Part shown: in pieces, positions 34,601 to 47,779 of the stretch
How positions within the stretch are numbered: the first letter of the stretch is position 1
How the letters are laid out: each line of letters begins with the position of its first letter
Source of the DNA: Macrostomum lignano
Taxonomy: Eukaryota
Length of the DNA: 64,000 nt
Direction: 5' to 3'
Assembly (NCBI GenBank): GCA_002269645.1
Contig: NIVC01000573.1
Span: 1-64,000 of the forward strand
Notes under the pieces: generated by a model
The model's input: only the letters and a program-made list of their open reading frames with translations
Told to the model about the DNA's origin: nothing
The model's database searches: none
Translations under genes and position numbers: made by a program

Positions 34601-37600
34601 TAGCAATTGCTAATAGCAGGCACTGTTTCTACTTTGAATTTAGCGCAAATAGCGCCGCTAATTTTGAATTGTGCTAATTAATAAAACATTTAATATAAAC
34701 TGCTGTTTCACACATATTTATGCATTTTTGCCCATTTTTAACTCACATGTTTTAAATGAATAAGCTTATAATGCTATTGCTAATAATTTGTTTTATTATC
34801 AATCCTAATAAAAAATCCTTAAGCCGCTGAGCTGTCAGAGCAACAGTTGGTAGAAAGAGTTCGTAAATTACAATGCTATTTACCATGAAAAATGTCAAGG
34901 GCCCTTGCTACTGGGGCCATGACCTTATACTCAAGAAGGAAAGCAAGATCATCAGCTTGAAACAGTGGTATGGGATTTATTAACCCCACCATCACCCTGT
35001 TGATATAGCCTGTCGCTTCGCATCATTGCTTAGAATATCAACTGAGTTAAACATTGAATTCTTTGATTAAATTATTAAATTAAATTAAATTAATCAACAA
35101 CTTTTTGCTAACAAATTAAAAGTAGTAAGAAAACTTTTAAAGTCAATGACAAGAACAAGATTAATTGTTGATAATGAAAGCAAAAAAAAGAAATTCAAAT
35201 TTCGTTTTTGCATTTCTAAGAAAATTAGAAACTTTGTTTGAGATTTTGTTTAGGTGGATTTATGTAATCTTTAACTTATTACTCAAATAGGGTCTCATTT
35301 TAAGTATTAAACAGTCATTAACCATCCAGTTTTAAAGCAAAAAAATGAATTTGGTGCTAGAGAAAATAAGAAAAAAAGAAAAAATTATCAGCACTTTGAT
35401 AGCGCATGCTAATTGAAATTTCAATTTAGCGGAATTAGCGGCGCCAACAAAACATTAGCAGTGCTTTAGTGGAATTCAAATTTAGTGGCGCTATTGCCCA
35501 TCACTGCCTTTACCTGTTTGTTGTAAAATATAGGGAGACTTGGGCATGAAATGCTTAGTCATACATTAAGTTGCATGTATAGTTTTAAATTTAAATTTAA
35601 TAGGATTGCAAATTGGATAAAAAGTTTGAGGATGAAATGTCCTATATCCTCAAATATAGCTGAGCCCTTATTTAATTTTTTTTAAATTGCCATTAATTAA
35701 AACTAACAAATTTAGAATCTAAACATCTTGTTTAGGACAAAAGTGTTTTGTCATGTGTTTTGTCGCTTGTTGGTTATTTATATAATGATTTCTGGGAGAT
35801 GTTTTAGCTTATAAGCTTAAAAAGCCTAATCTTTAAATTTTCTAAAAAATTGTTGTCAGAATTGCTGAGCAAGGATCGCACTGTCCTGGCTGCTCAAGAT
35901 TCGAATTTGACAATCAGTTCTAATGCTACAGAAACAAATGCGTCTTTGGCTTCTATCAGCTCCACTGGGCCTACGGCTGCCGCACCATTGGCTAGCAACA
36001 GTTCATCAGTCAAATCCACTGTCAACAATGCAAGCAGCAACAGAGGCTCGAAACGCAATGAAACAATAAATTCTGGCCTCAAATCTTCTTCAAGAACCGC
36101 AACAGCTGCTGGATCTTCTGCTACTACCACCATAGCAGCGTCTACCGTCACTGCAACCACAGCAGACACAAAAAAATCGGCTTCAACTGCGGCTGGCTCA
36201 CAAGAGGGCAAAAGCAAGGATAAGGAGAATGCTGGCAAGGCTGATGGCAAGTTGTCTTTTGTCTAAGGAATAGTTTGTGCCTTCGGCTTTGCCCTGCATT
36301 GCCACTAGATAATCGAGGGCCTAGACTACTTTGAAGAATCGCCCCTAGAGGGCCTAGAATACCCTGGAGAATCACCCCTAGAGAGCCACCTTGGAGAATC
36401 GCCCCTAAAGGGCCTAGAATACCCTGGAGAATCACCCCTAGAGAGCCACCTTGGAGAATCGCCCCTAAAGGGCCTAGAATACCCTGGAGAATCACCCATA
36501 GAGAGCCACCTTGGAGAATCGCCCCTAAAGGGCCTAGAATACCCTGGAGAATCACCCCTAGAGAGCCACCTTGGAGAATCGCCCCTAAAGGGCCTAGAAT
36601 ACCCTGGAGAATCACCCCTAGAGAGCCACCTTGGAGAATCGCCCCTAAAGGGCCTAGAATACCCTGGAGAATCACCCCTAGAGAGCCACCTTGGAGAATC
36701 GCCCCTAAAGGGCCTAGAATACCCTGGAGAATCACCCATAGAGAGCCACCTTAGAGAATCACCTCTAGAGAGCCACCTTGGAGAATCACAATCACCCCTA
36801 GAGAGCCACCTTGGAGAATCACCCCTAGAGAGCCACCTTGGAGAATCATCCCTAGAGAGCCACCTTGGAGAATCACCCCTAGAGAGCCACCTTGGAGAAT
36901 CACAATCACCCCTAGAGAGCCACCTTGGAGAATCACAATCACCCCTAGAGAGCCACCTTGGAGAATCACAATCACCCCTAGAGAGCCACCTTGGAGAATC
37001 ATCCCTAGAGAGCCACCTTGGAGAATCACCCCTAGAGAGCCACCTTGGAGAATCACAATCACCCCTAGAGAGCCACCTTGGAGAATCACAATCACCCCTA
37101 GAGAGCCACCTTGGAGAATCACAATCACCCCTAGAGAGCCACCTTGGAGAATCACCCCTAGAGAGCCACCTTGGAGAATCACCCCTAGAGAGCCACCTTG
37201 GAGAATCACCCCTAGAGAGCCACCTTGGAGAATCACCCCTAGAGAGCCACCTTGGAGAATCACCCCTAGAGAGCCACCTTGGAGAATCACCCCTAGAGAG
37301 CCACCTTGGAGAATCACCCCTAGAGAGCCACCTTGGAGAATCACAATCACCCCTAGAGAGCCACCTTGGAGAATCACCCCTAGAGAGCCACCTTGGAGAA
37401 TCACCCCTAGAGAGCCACCTTGGAGAATCACAATCACCCCTAGAGAGCCACCTTGGAGAATCACAATCACCCCTAGAGAGCCACCTTGGAGAATCACAAT
37501 CACCCCTAGAGAGCCACCTTGGAGAATCGCCCCTAGACTACCTTATAGAATCGCCCCTAGAGAGCCACCTTGGAGAATCGCCCCTAGACTACCTTATAGA

Positions 37601-40600
37601 ATCGCCCCTAGAGGGCCACCTTGGAGAATCGCTCCTAGACTACCTTATAGAATCGCCCCTAGACTGCCTTATAGAATCGCCCCTAGAGAGCCACCTTGGA
37701 GAATCGCCCCTAGACTACCTTATAGAATCGCCCCTAGACTGCCTTATAGAATCGCCCTAGAGGGCCATCTTGGAGAATCGCCCCTAGACTACCTTGTAGA
37801 ATCGCCCCTAGAGAGCCACCTTAGAGAATCGCCCCTAGACTACCTTGTAGAATCGCCCCTAGACTACCTTATAGAATCGCCCCTAGAGAGCCACCTTGGA
37901 GAATCGCCCCTAGACTACCTTATAGAATCGCCCCTAGACTGCCCTATAGAATCGCCCCTAGAGGGCCATCTTGGAGAATCGCCCCTAGACTACCTTATAG
38001 AATCGCCCCTAGAGGGCCACCTTGGAGAATCGCCCCTAGACTACCTTATAGAATCGCCCCTAGACTGCCTTATAGAATCGCCCCTAGAGAGCCACCTTGG
38101 AGAATCGCCCCTAGACTACCTTATAGAATCGCCCCTAGACTGCCTTATAGAATCGCCCCTAGAGGGCCATCTTGGAGAATCGCCCCTAGACTACCTTGTA
38201 GAATCGCCCCTAGAGAGCCACCTTAGAGAATCGCCCCTAGACTACCTTGTAGAATCGCCCCTAGACTACCTTATAGAATCGCCCCTAGAGAGCCACCTTG
38301 GAGAATCGCCCCTAGACTACCTTATAGAATCGCCCCTAGACTGCCCTATAGAATCGCCCCTAGAGGGCCATCTTGGAGAATCGCCCCTAGACTACCTTAT
38401 AGAATCGCCCCTAGAGGGCCACCTTGGAGAATCGCCCCTAGACTACCTTATAGAATCGCCCCTAGACTACCTTATAGAATCGCCCCTAGACTACCTTATA
38501 GAATCGCCCCTAGACTACCTTATAGAATCGCCCCTAGAGGGCCACCTTGGAGAATCGCCCCTAGACTACCTTATAGAATCGCCCCTAGACTACCTTATAG
38601 AATCGCCCCTAGACTACCTTATAGAATCGCCCCTAGACTACCTTATAGAATCGCCCCTAGAGGGCCACCTTGGAGAATCGCCCCTAGACTACCTTATAGA
38701 ATCGCCCCTAGACTACCTTATAGAATCGCCCCTAGACTACCTTATAGAATCGCCCCTAGACTACCTTATAGAATCGCCCCTAGAGGGCCACCTTGGAGAA
38801 TCGCCCCTAGACTACCTTATAGAATCGCCCCTAGACTACCTTATAGAATCGCCCCTAGACTACCTTATAGAATCGCCCCTAGACTACCTTATAGAATCGC
38901 CCCTAGACTACCTTATAGAATCGCCCCTAGACTACCTTATAGAATCGCCCCTAGACTACCTTATAGAATCGCCCCTAGACTACCTTATAGAATCGCCCCT
39001 AGACTACCTTATAGAATCGCCCCTAGACTACCTTATAGAATCGCCCCTAGACTACCTTATAGAATCGCCCCTAGACTACCTTATAGAATCGCCCCTAGAC
39101 TACCTTATAGAATCGCCCCTAGACTACCTTATAGAATCGCCCCTAGACTACCTTATAGAATCGCCCCTAGACTACCTTATAGAATCGCCCCTAGACTACC
39201 TTATAGAATCGCCCCTAGACTACCTTATAGAATCGCCCCTAGACTACCTTATAGAATCGCCCCTAGACTACCTTATAGAATCGCCCCTAGACTACCTTAT
39301 AGAATCGCCCCTAGACTACCTTATAGAATCGCCCCTAGACTACCTTATAGAATCGCCCCTAGACTACCTTATAGAATCGCCCCTAGACTACCTTATAGAA
39401 TCGCCCCTAGACTACCTTATAGAATCGCCCCTAGACTACCTTATAGAATCGCCCCTAGACTACCTTATAGAATCGCCCCTAGAGGGCCACCTTGGAGAAT
39501 CGCCCCTAGACTACCTTATAGAATCGCCCCTAGACTACCTTATAGAATCGCCCCTAGACTACCTTATAGAATCGCCCCTAGACTACCTTATAGAATCGCC
39601 CCTAGACTACCTTATAGAATCGCCCCTAGACTACCTTATAGAATCGCCCCTAGACTACCTTATAGAATCGCCCCTAGACTACCTTATAGAATCGCCCCTA
39701 GACTACCTTATAGAATCGCCCCTAGACTACCTTATAGAATCGCCCCTAGACTACCTTATAGAATCGCCCCTAGACTACCTTATAGAATCGCCCCTAGACT
39801 ACCTTATAGAATCGCCCCTAGACTACCTTATAGAATCGCCCCTAGACTACCTTATAGAATCGCCCCTAGACTACCTTATAGAATCGCCCCTAGACTACCT
39901 TATAGAATCGCCCCTAGACTACCTTATAGAATCGCCCCTAGACTACCTTATAGAATCGCCCCTAGACTACCTTATAGAATCGCCCCTAGACTACCTTATA
40001 GAATCGCCCCTAGACTACCTTATAGAATCGCCCCTAGACTACCTTATAGAATCGCCCCTAGACTACCTTATAGAATCGCCCCTAGACTACCTTATAGAAT
40101 CGCCCCTAGACTACCTTATAGAATCGCCCCTAGACTACCTTATAGAATCGCCCCTAGACTACCTTATAGAATCGCCCCTAGACTACCTTATAGAATCGCC
40201 CCTAGACTACCTTATAGAATCGCCCCTAGACTACCTTATAGAATCGCCCCTAGACTACCTTATAGAATCGCCCCTAGACTACCTTATACAATCGCCCCTA
40301 GACTACCTTATAGAATCGCCCCTAGACTACCTTATAGAATCGCCCCTAGACTACCTTATAGAATCGCCCCTAGACTACCTTATAGAATCGCCCCTAGACT
40401 ACCTTATAGAATCGCCCCTAGACTACCTTCTAGAATCGCCCCTAGACTACCTTATACAATCGCCCCTAGACTACCTTATAGAATCGCCCCTAGACTACCT
40501 TATAGAATCGCCTAGACCACACTGAAGAGTCGCCCTCACCCGTTCCAATTCATAAATTGACGCAGATGCGCCTTAGACGCAACTCATTGATTCTAAAGCA

Positions 40601-43600
40601 ACTCCAGTACGCCCCAGAGTCATTATAGAAGTTGATTGATTCACTTGCGTCGCACCAGAGTCGACAGTAAAGACTTTTAGCGACTTGTACCGTGACATCT
40701 CGTCGTTTTAAAGTCTTCTGTGTCACCTATGTTACCTCCAGCGACTCTGGAGCGATGTCACCCTAGCTCGCGCTGGAGAATCGGCTCTAAATCATCCCCA
40801 CTGCCTCACTTCACAGGTGCTCCAGGCTCAGAAACCGGGGCTAAGCAGCCCGCTGACTTCGGCACCACCAGCAGTGCGGCCTCATCCTCTGCAAAGCCCG
40901 CCAAGTCGTCGACAATGTCTACAGCGATAACCAGCTCAACCACCACTGCCGGGACTTCCTCCACCACAAAGCGGAAGCCTGCTAATCGCGACAAGACTCA
41001 GAAAACTGATGCCACAGGTTCCGGTCAGCTTCCCATAGGTAGGTCTCTGAAGAATCTCCCACCTGAGTCTCTGAAGAATCTCCCACCTGAGTCTCTGAAG
41101 AATCTCCCACCTGAGTCTCTAATGAATCTCCCACCTGAGTCTCTGAAGAATCTCCCACCTGAGTCTCTGTAGAATCTCCCACCTGAGTCTCTGTAGAATC
41201 TCCCACCTGAGTCTTTAATGAATCTCCCACCTGAGTCTCTGAAGAATCTCCCACCTGAGTCTCTGTAGAATCTCCCACCTGAGTCTCTGTAGAATCTCCC
41301 ACCTGAGTCTCTGAAGAATCTCCCACCTGAGTCTCTGAAGAATCTCCCACCTGAGTCTCTGAAGAATCTCCCACCTGAGTCTCTGAAGAATCGCCACCAC
41401 CTGAGTCTCTGAAGAATCGCAGTTTGAAGACTCACACCAGAAAATTTCTTCAAATGCTTTTTACATCGTCACGAAATGAGCTGCTCAGCTCTGCCTCATC
41501 CCCACTGTCTCTCCTCGCCTCCCGCAGAATCCGGCATCAAGGAGCTGCCGCTCGATCAGAGCGCCGGCGGTGCGGGCGCCAAAAACCACTTCGGCGGCTC
41601 TGGCAGCGGCGACACGGACGCGGGCTCCAGCCACTTCATGGTGTACATGCTGGTGGCCATCTTCCTGTTCGGCTTCCTGTACGTGCTCTACCACAAGAAG
41701 CAGAAGGTGAGATTGCTCTCACTGTTCTCTGCTTTTGGCTTGCTTTCACACACTGGTGCACTGGAACAGGCAGCTCAGACACACTGGGACAGGCAGCTCA
41801 GACACACTGGGACAGGCAGCTCAGACACACTGGGACAGGCAGCTCAGTCACACTGGGACAGGCAGCTCAGTCACACTGGGACAGGCAGCTCAGTCACACT
41901 GGGACAGGCAGCTCAGACACACTGGGACAGGCAGCTCAGTCACACTGGTGCACTGGGACAGGCAGCTCAGTCACACTGGGACAGGCAGCTCAGACACACT
42001 GGGACAGGCAGCTCAGTCACACTGGGACAGGCAGCTCAGTCACTCTGGGACAGGCAGCTCAGTCACACTGGGACAGGCAGCTCAGTCACACTGGTGCACT
42101 GAGACAGGCAGCTCAGTCACACTGGAACAGGCAGCTCAGACACACTGGGACAGGCAGCTCAGTCACACTGGGACAGGCAGCTCAGTCACACTGGTGCACT
42201 GGGACAGGCAGCTCAGTCACACTGGGACAGGCAGCTCAGTCACACTGGGACAGGCAGCTCAGTCACACTGGGACAGGCAGCTCAGTCACACTGGGACAGG
42301 CAGCTCAGTCACACTGGGACAGGCAGCTCAGACACACTGGGACAGGCAGCTCAGTCACACTGGGACAGGCAGCTCAGTCACACTGGGACAGGCAGCTCAG
42401 TCACACTGGGACAGGCAGCTCAGTCACACTGGGACAGGCAGCTCAGACACACTGGGACAGGCAGCTCAGTCACACTGGGACAGGCAGCTCAGTCACACTG
42501 GGACAGGCAGCTCAGACACACTGGGACAGGCAGCTCAGTCACACTGGGACAGGCAGCTCAGTCACACTGGGACAGGCAGCTCAGTCACACTGGGACAGGC
42601 AGCTCAGTCACACTGGTGCACTGGGACAGGCAGCTCAGTCACACTGGGACAGGCAGCTCAGACACACTGGGACAGGCAGCTCAGTCACACTGGGACAGGC
42701 AGCTCAGTCACACTGGGACAGGCAGCTCAGTCACACTGGGACAGGCAGCTCAGTCACACTGGGACAGGCAGCTCAGTCACACTGGGACAGGCAGCTCAGT
42801 CACACTGGGACAGGCAGCTCAGTCACACTGGGACAGGCAGCTCAGTCACACTGGGACAGGCAGCTCAGACACACTGGGACAGGCAGCTCAGTCACACTGG
42901 GACAGGCAGCTCAGTCACACTGGGACAGGCAGCTCAGACACACTGGGACAGGCAGCTCAGTCACACTGGGACAGGCAGCTCAGTCACACTGGGACAGGCA
43001 GCTCAGTCACACTGGGACAGGCAGCTCAGTCACACAGGGACAGGCAGCTCAGTCACACTGGGACAGGCAGCTCAGACACACTGGGACAGGCAGCTCAGTC
43101 ACACTGGGACAGGCAGCTCAGACACACTGAGACAGGCAGCTCAGACACACTGGGACAGGCAGCTCAGTCACACTGGGACAGGCAGCTCAGTCACACTGGG
43201 ACAGGCAGCTCAGTCACACTGGGACAGGCAGCTCAGACACACTGGGACAGGCAGCTCAGTCACACTGGGACAGGCAGCTCAGTCACACTGGGACAGGCAG
43301 CTCAGACACACTGGGACAGGCAGCTCAGTCACACTGGGACAGGCAGCTCAGTCACACTGGGACAGGCAGCTCAGTCACACTGGGACAGGCAGCTCAGTCA
43401 CACTGGGACAGGCAGCTCAGTCACACTGGGACAGGCAGCTCAGTCACACTGGTGCACTGGGACAGGCAGCTCAGTCACACTGGGACAGGCAGCTCAGTCA
43501 CACTGGGACAGGCAGCTCAGACACACTGGGACAGGCAGCTCAGTCACACTGGGACAGGCAGCTCAGTCACACTGGGACAGGCAGCTCAGACACACTGGGA

Positions 43601-46229
43601 CAGGCAGCTCAGTCACACTGGGACAGGCAGCTCAGTCACACTGGGACAGGCAGCTCAGTCACACTGGGACAGGCAGCTCAGTCACACTGGTGCACTGGGA
43701 CAGGCAGCTCAGTCACACTGGGACAGGCAGCTCAGACACACTGGGACAGGCAGCTCAGTCACACTGGGACAGGCAGCTCAGTCACACTGGGACAGGCAGC
43801 TCAGTCACACTGGGACAGGCAGCTCAGTCACACTGGGACAGGCAGCTCAGTCACACTGGGACAGGCAGCTCAGTCACACTGGGACAGGCAGCTCAGTCAC
43901 ACTGGGACAGGCAGCTCAGTCACACTGGGACAGGCAGCTCAGACACACTGGGACAGGCAGCTCAGTCACACTGGGACAGGCAGCTCAGTCACACTGGGAC
44001 AGGCAGCTCAGACACACTGGGACAGGCAGCTCAGTCACACTGGGACAGGCAGCTCAGTCACACTGGGACAGGCAGCTCAGTCACACTGGGACAGGCAGCT
44101 CAGTCACACAGGGACAGGCAGCTCAGTCACACTGGGACAGGCAGCTCAGACACACTGGGACAGGCAGCTCAGTCACACTGGGACAGGCAGCTCAGACACA
44201 CTGAGACAGGCAGCTCAGACACACTGGGACAGGCAGCTCAGTCACACTGGGACAGGCAGCTCAGTCACACTGGGACAGGCAGCTCAGTCACACTGGGACA
44301 GGCAGCTCAGACACACTGGGACAGGCAGCTCAGTCACACTGGTGCACTGGGACAGGCAGCTCAGTCACACTGGGACAGGCAGCTCAGACACACTGGGACA
44401 GGCAGCTCAGTCACACTGGGACAGGCAGCTCAGTCACACTGGGACAGGCAGCTCAGTCACACTGGGACAGGCAGCTCAGTCACACTGGGACAGGCAGCTC
44501 AGTCACACTGGGACAGGCAGCTCAGTCACACTGGGACAGGCAGCTCAGTCACACTGGGACAGGCAGCTCAGTCACACTGGGACAGGCAGCTCAGTCACAC
44601 TGGGACAGGCAGCTCAGTCACACTGGGACAGGCAGCTCAGACACACTGGGACAGGCAGCTCAGTCACACTGGGACAGGCAGCTCAGTCACACTGGGACAG
44701 GCAGCTCAGACACACTGGGACAGGCAGCTCAGTCACACTGGGACAGGCAGCTCAGTCACACTGGGACAGGCAGCTCAGTCACACTGGGACAGGCAGCTCA
44801 GTCACACAGGGACAGGCAGCTCAGTCACACTGGGACAGGCAGCTCAGACACACTGGGACAGGCAGCTCAGTCACACTGGGACAGGCAGCTCAGACACACT
44901 GAGACAGGCAGCTCAGACACACTGGGACAGGCAGCTCAGTCACACTGGGACAGGCAGCTCAGTCACACTGGGACAGGCAGCTCAGTCACACTGGGACAGG
45001 CAGCTCAGTCACACTGGGACAGGCAGCTCAGTCACACTGGTGCACTGGGACAGGCAGCTCAGTCACACTGGGACAGGCAGCTCAGACACACTGGGACAGG
45101 CAGCTCAGTCACACTGGGACAGGCAGCTCAGTCACACTGGGACAGGCAGCTCAGTCACACTGGGACAGGCAGCTCAGTCACACTGGGACAGGCAGCTCAG
45201 TCACACTGGTGCACTGGGACAGGCAGCTCAGTCACACTGGGACAGGCAGCTCAGTCACACTGGGACAGGCAGCTCAGACACACTGGGACAGGCAGCTCAG
45301 TCACACTGGGACAGGCAGCTCAGTCACACTGGGACAGGCAGCTCAGTCACACTGGGACAGGCAGCTCAGTCACACTGGGACAGGCAGCTCAGTCACACTG
45401 GTGCACTGGGACAGGCAGCTCAGTCACACTGGGACAGGCAGCTCAGTCACACTGGGACAGGCAGCTCAGACACACTGGGACAGGCAGCTCAGTCACACTG
45501 GGACAGGCAGCTCAGTCACACTGGGACAGGCAGCTCAGTCACACTGGGACAGGCAGATCAGACACACTGGGACAGGCAGCTCAGTCACACTGGGACAGGC
45601 AGCTCAGTCACACTGGGACAGGCAGCTCAGTCACACTGCGACAGGCAGCTCAGTCACACTGGGACAGGCAGATCAGACACACTGGGACAGACAGCTCAGT
45701 CACACTGGGACAGGCAGCTCAGTCACACTGGGACAGGCAGCTCAGACACACTGGGACAGGCAGCTCAGAGCCTCAGTCACACTGGTGCACCGATTATTGA
45801 AATTCATTAATGCAGTCTTCATGTCGCTCCCCATTGCCAGATCATGAGAACTGTAAGCGTCGATAATCCATGCTTAGATGTTGTGATTGGCTGCCTAGTG
45901 CTGGGCCCACCCTATTTATACCTGTCTGCAAATTTTTGTGCTGTGTCTGTTTGCACGTAGCTTTCTGTTGTGCCGCTTGCACTAGTTTTGATAATCACCA
46001 AATCGTAAGCTGTTACATAGCTGCTTGCTGCCGGTGTGCTTGATTTCTAGGCAATTATACACAGTCAGTTTTAGTACTGTGCTGTGCTTTATATGTTTAA
46101 TATGCTTCACATTCACCCTTGCTCACACAGGATTTTATTTCACTCCCCCCGCCGGCTAATATTTGTTGAGCAAGAACCAGCGGGTTGCTTTTACAAGCTC
46201 GAAAATGTACTGTCTGTCTTAGTGTCTAA

Positions 46230-46274
<45 letters not shown>

Positions 46275-46284
46275 TAGTGTCTAA

Positions 46285-46345
<61 letters not shown>

Positions 46346-46466
46346 TAGTGTCTGTCTGTCTGTCTGTGTGTCTGTCTGTCTGTCTGTGTGTCTGTCTTTG
46401 TGTCTGTCTGTGTGTCTGTCTGTCTGTCTGTGTGTCTTTCTGTCTGTCTGTCTGTCTGTCTGTCTT

Positions 46467-46537
<71 letters not shown>

Positions 46538-46550
46538 GCCTGTGTGTCTT

Positions 46551-46597
<47 letters not shown>

Positions 46598-46617
46598 GCC
46601 TGTGTGTCTTTCTGTTC

Positions 46618-46663
<46 letters not shown>

Positions 46664-46740
46664 GTGTCTGTCTGTCTGTCTGTCTGTCCATCTGTCTGTC
46701 TGTCTGTGTGTCTGTCTGTCTGTCTGTCTGTCTTAGTGAC

Positions 46741-46771
<31 letters not shown>

Positions 46772-47556
46772 GTGTCTTTCTGTTTGTCTGTCTGTCTGTT
46801 TGTCTGTTTGTCTGTCTGAGCTTAACCCACAGTTTCGAGGATATGAAATTTCGAGCTTGTGAAGCGACCCCGAACCAGCAGATTAACGTGGCCGCGTAGG
46901 GAAACGAACCAAGGGCTACTGGTGGAAACAGGGCGTGATACTTTTTTGAAGGCCCAGTGCCGCTTCGAAACGCAATAAAGAAGTACTCTTATTTTAAAAA
47001 CTCTCTGTCATCTCGGCCTAAAATATTCTTTTCTCAAAGTAAAACAGACGGTTTATTGTCTTTTATGCGTTTTGAAGGGCATTGTGGCATCAAATTTGGC
47101 TTCTTGAATTGAATTAGGGAAGTTAAGCTTGAAAGTTTAAGTAGAGTTAATAATATTGTAGAAAAGCCCCACAAACAGTGCTAAGGCAATTCTGCCCATG
47201 GGTGCGAATGGGGAGATATTAGTTAGAAAATTTAATTTACTATCACGTTTATGTCAAGACAATTTCTAATTCTACTACTGATGACAATTGAGTAGTATAT
47301 AATAATAAAATCATCGAAATTAAAAAGATTTACGAGCAAATTCATCAATCCAGCATATCTGGTGCGGTTAGTCAGGTGACCCAAAATCATCCCTCAGATT
47401 GTCGGCTTTATCGTTGAGGGCCGCCGGTCCGGCACTGCCCGGCGGACTTCCGGCGGCAGCGGCAGCGGTGGCGGCAGCGACAGCACCTACAAGCTGCTCC
47501 CCACGGAGGAGTTTGGCAGTGGAAATTCCGACAGCTCAAAGAATTTTGTATACTGA
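31669..47556 (+). CDS. TGN38/TGOLN2-KCT2(C5orf15)-like type I membrane glycoprotein, join(31669..31885,35860..36246,40817..41038,41528..41706,47398..47556), 387 aa
   Basis: Signal-like LCSLLLVAIIAA in exon 1; Ser/Thr-rich lumenal exons 2-3 with NxS/T sites; family signature SSHFMVYMLVAIFLFGFLYVLYHKKQK|IVGFIVEGRR, similar to TGN46 SHFFAYLV..YIAHHNKRKIIAFVLEGKR; tail YKLL (YxxPhi). Phases 1,1,1,0 give 1164 nt in frame. Intron 2 needs a GC donor. Confidence 0.85.
34248..34441. mobile_element. hAT-type MITE, 194 bp
   Basis: 15-bp TIRs CAGTGGCGCAACCAG / CTGGTTGCGCTACTG (1 mismatch) and an exact 8-bp TSD TTTTTTGG (34240-34247, 34442-34449). GC-rich island inside an AT-rich intron. Confidence 0.9.
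34528..35506. mobile_element. Non-autonomous hAT-type element, 979 bp
   Basis: TIRs CAGTGATGAGCA / TGCCCATCACTG (1 mismatch in 12), exact 8-bp TSD CCTTTACC (34520-34527, 35507-35514), clustered subterminal TAGCG/CGCTA motifs at both ends, and no transposase ORF. Confidence 0.9.
36320..40515. repeat. Compound intronic satellite (60 bp, then 27/33 bp, then 24 bp units; GAATCGCCCCTAGACTACCTTATA dominant)
   Basis: Occupies nearly all of the 4.6-kb intron 2 of the TGN38-like gene. Confidence 0.98.
41045..41420. repeat. Intronic minisatellite, 24 bp unit GAATCTCCCACCTGAGTCTCTGAA
   Basis: Period 24 (41044, 41068); begins right after the donor at 41039. Confidence 0.95.
41745..45790. repeat. Intronic satellite, 23 bp unit GGGACAGGCAGCTCAGTCACACT, about 175 copies
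   Basis: Period 23 (42241, 42264), in intron 4 of the TGN38-like gene. Confidence 0.98.
46205..46820. repeat. (TCTG)n microsatellite, interrupted
   Basis: Direct reading; source of the VCLS/DRQT ORFs. Confidence 0.98.
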
Positions 47557-47779
47557 GCTCAAGCAAGGAATTAAAAATTTCGGCCAGGTTTGAGGGTAAA
47601 CCAGGTGTTAGCAGCTAAGCTTGCTGCAAATTTTCTAATTTATAGACTGGTGACGCAATTCTGAACTTTTGGACTTTGTTTTGTTTCCGTTGCTGGGTTT
47701 CCCTCTGTTTTATCGGGTTGAGCTTCATTTTATGCACTTCTGTTCTGTATGCTGAATTTGCCGCTTCGTCTGGAGTCAC

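Noticed and set aside
41424-45847. ORFs of 568, 1055 and 1064 aa as a giant repetitive protein
   Set aside because: They are translations of a 23-bp intronic satellite. The donor at 41707 and the downstream exon at 47398 complete a recognisable protein without them.
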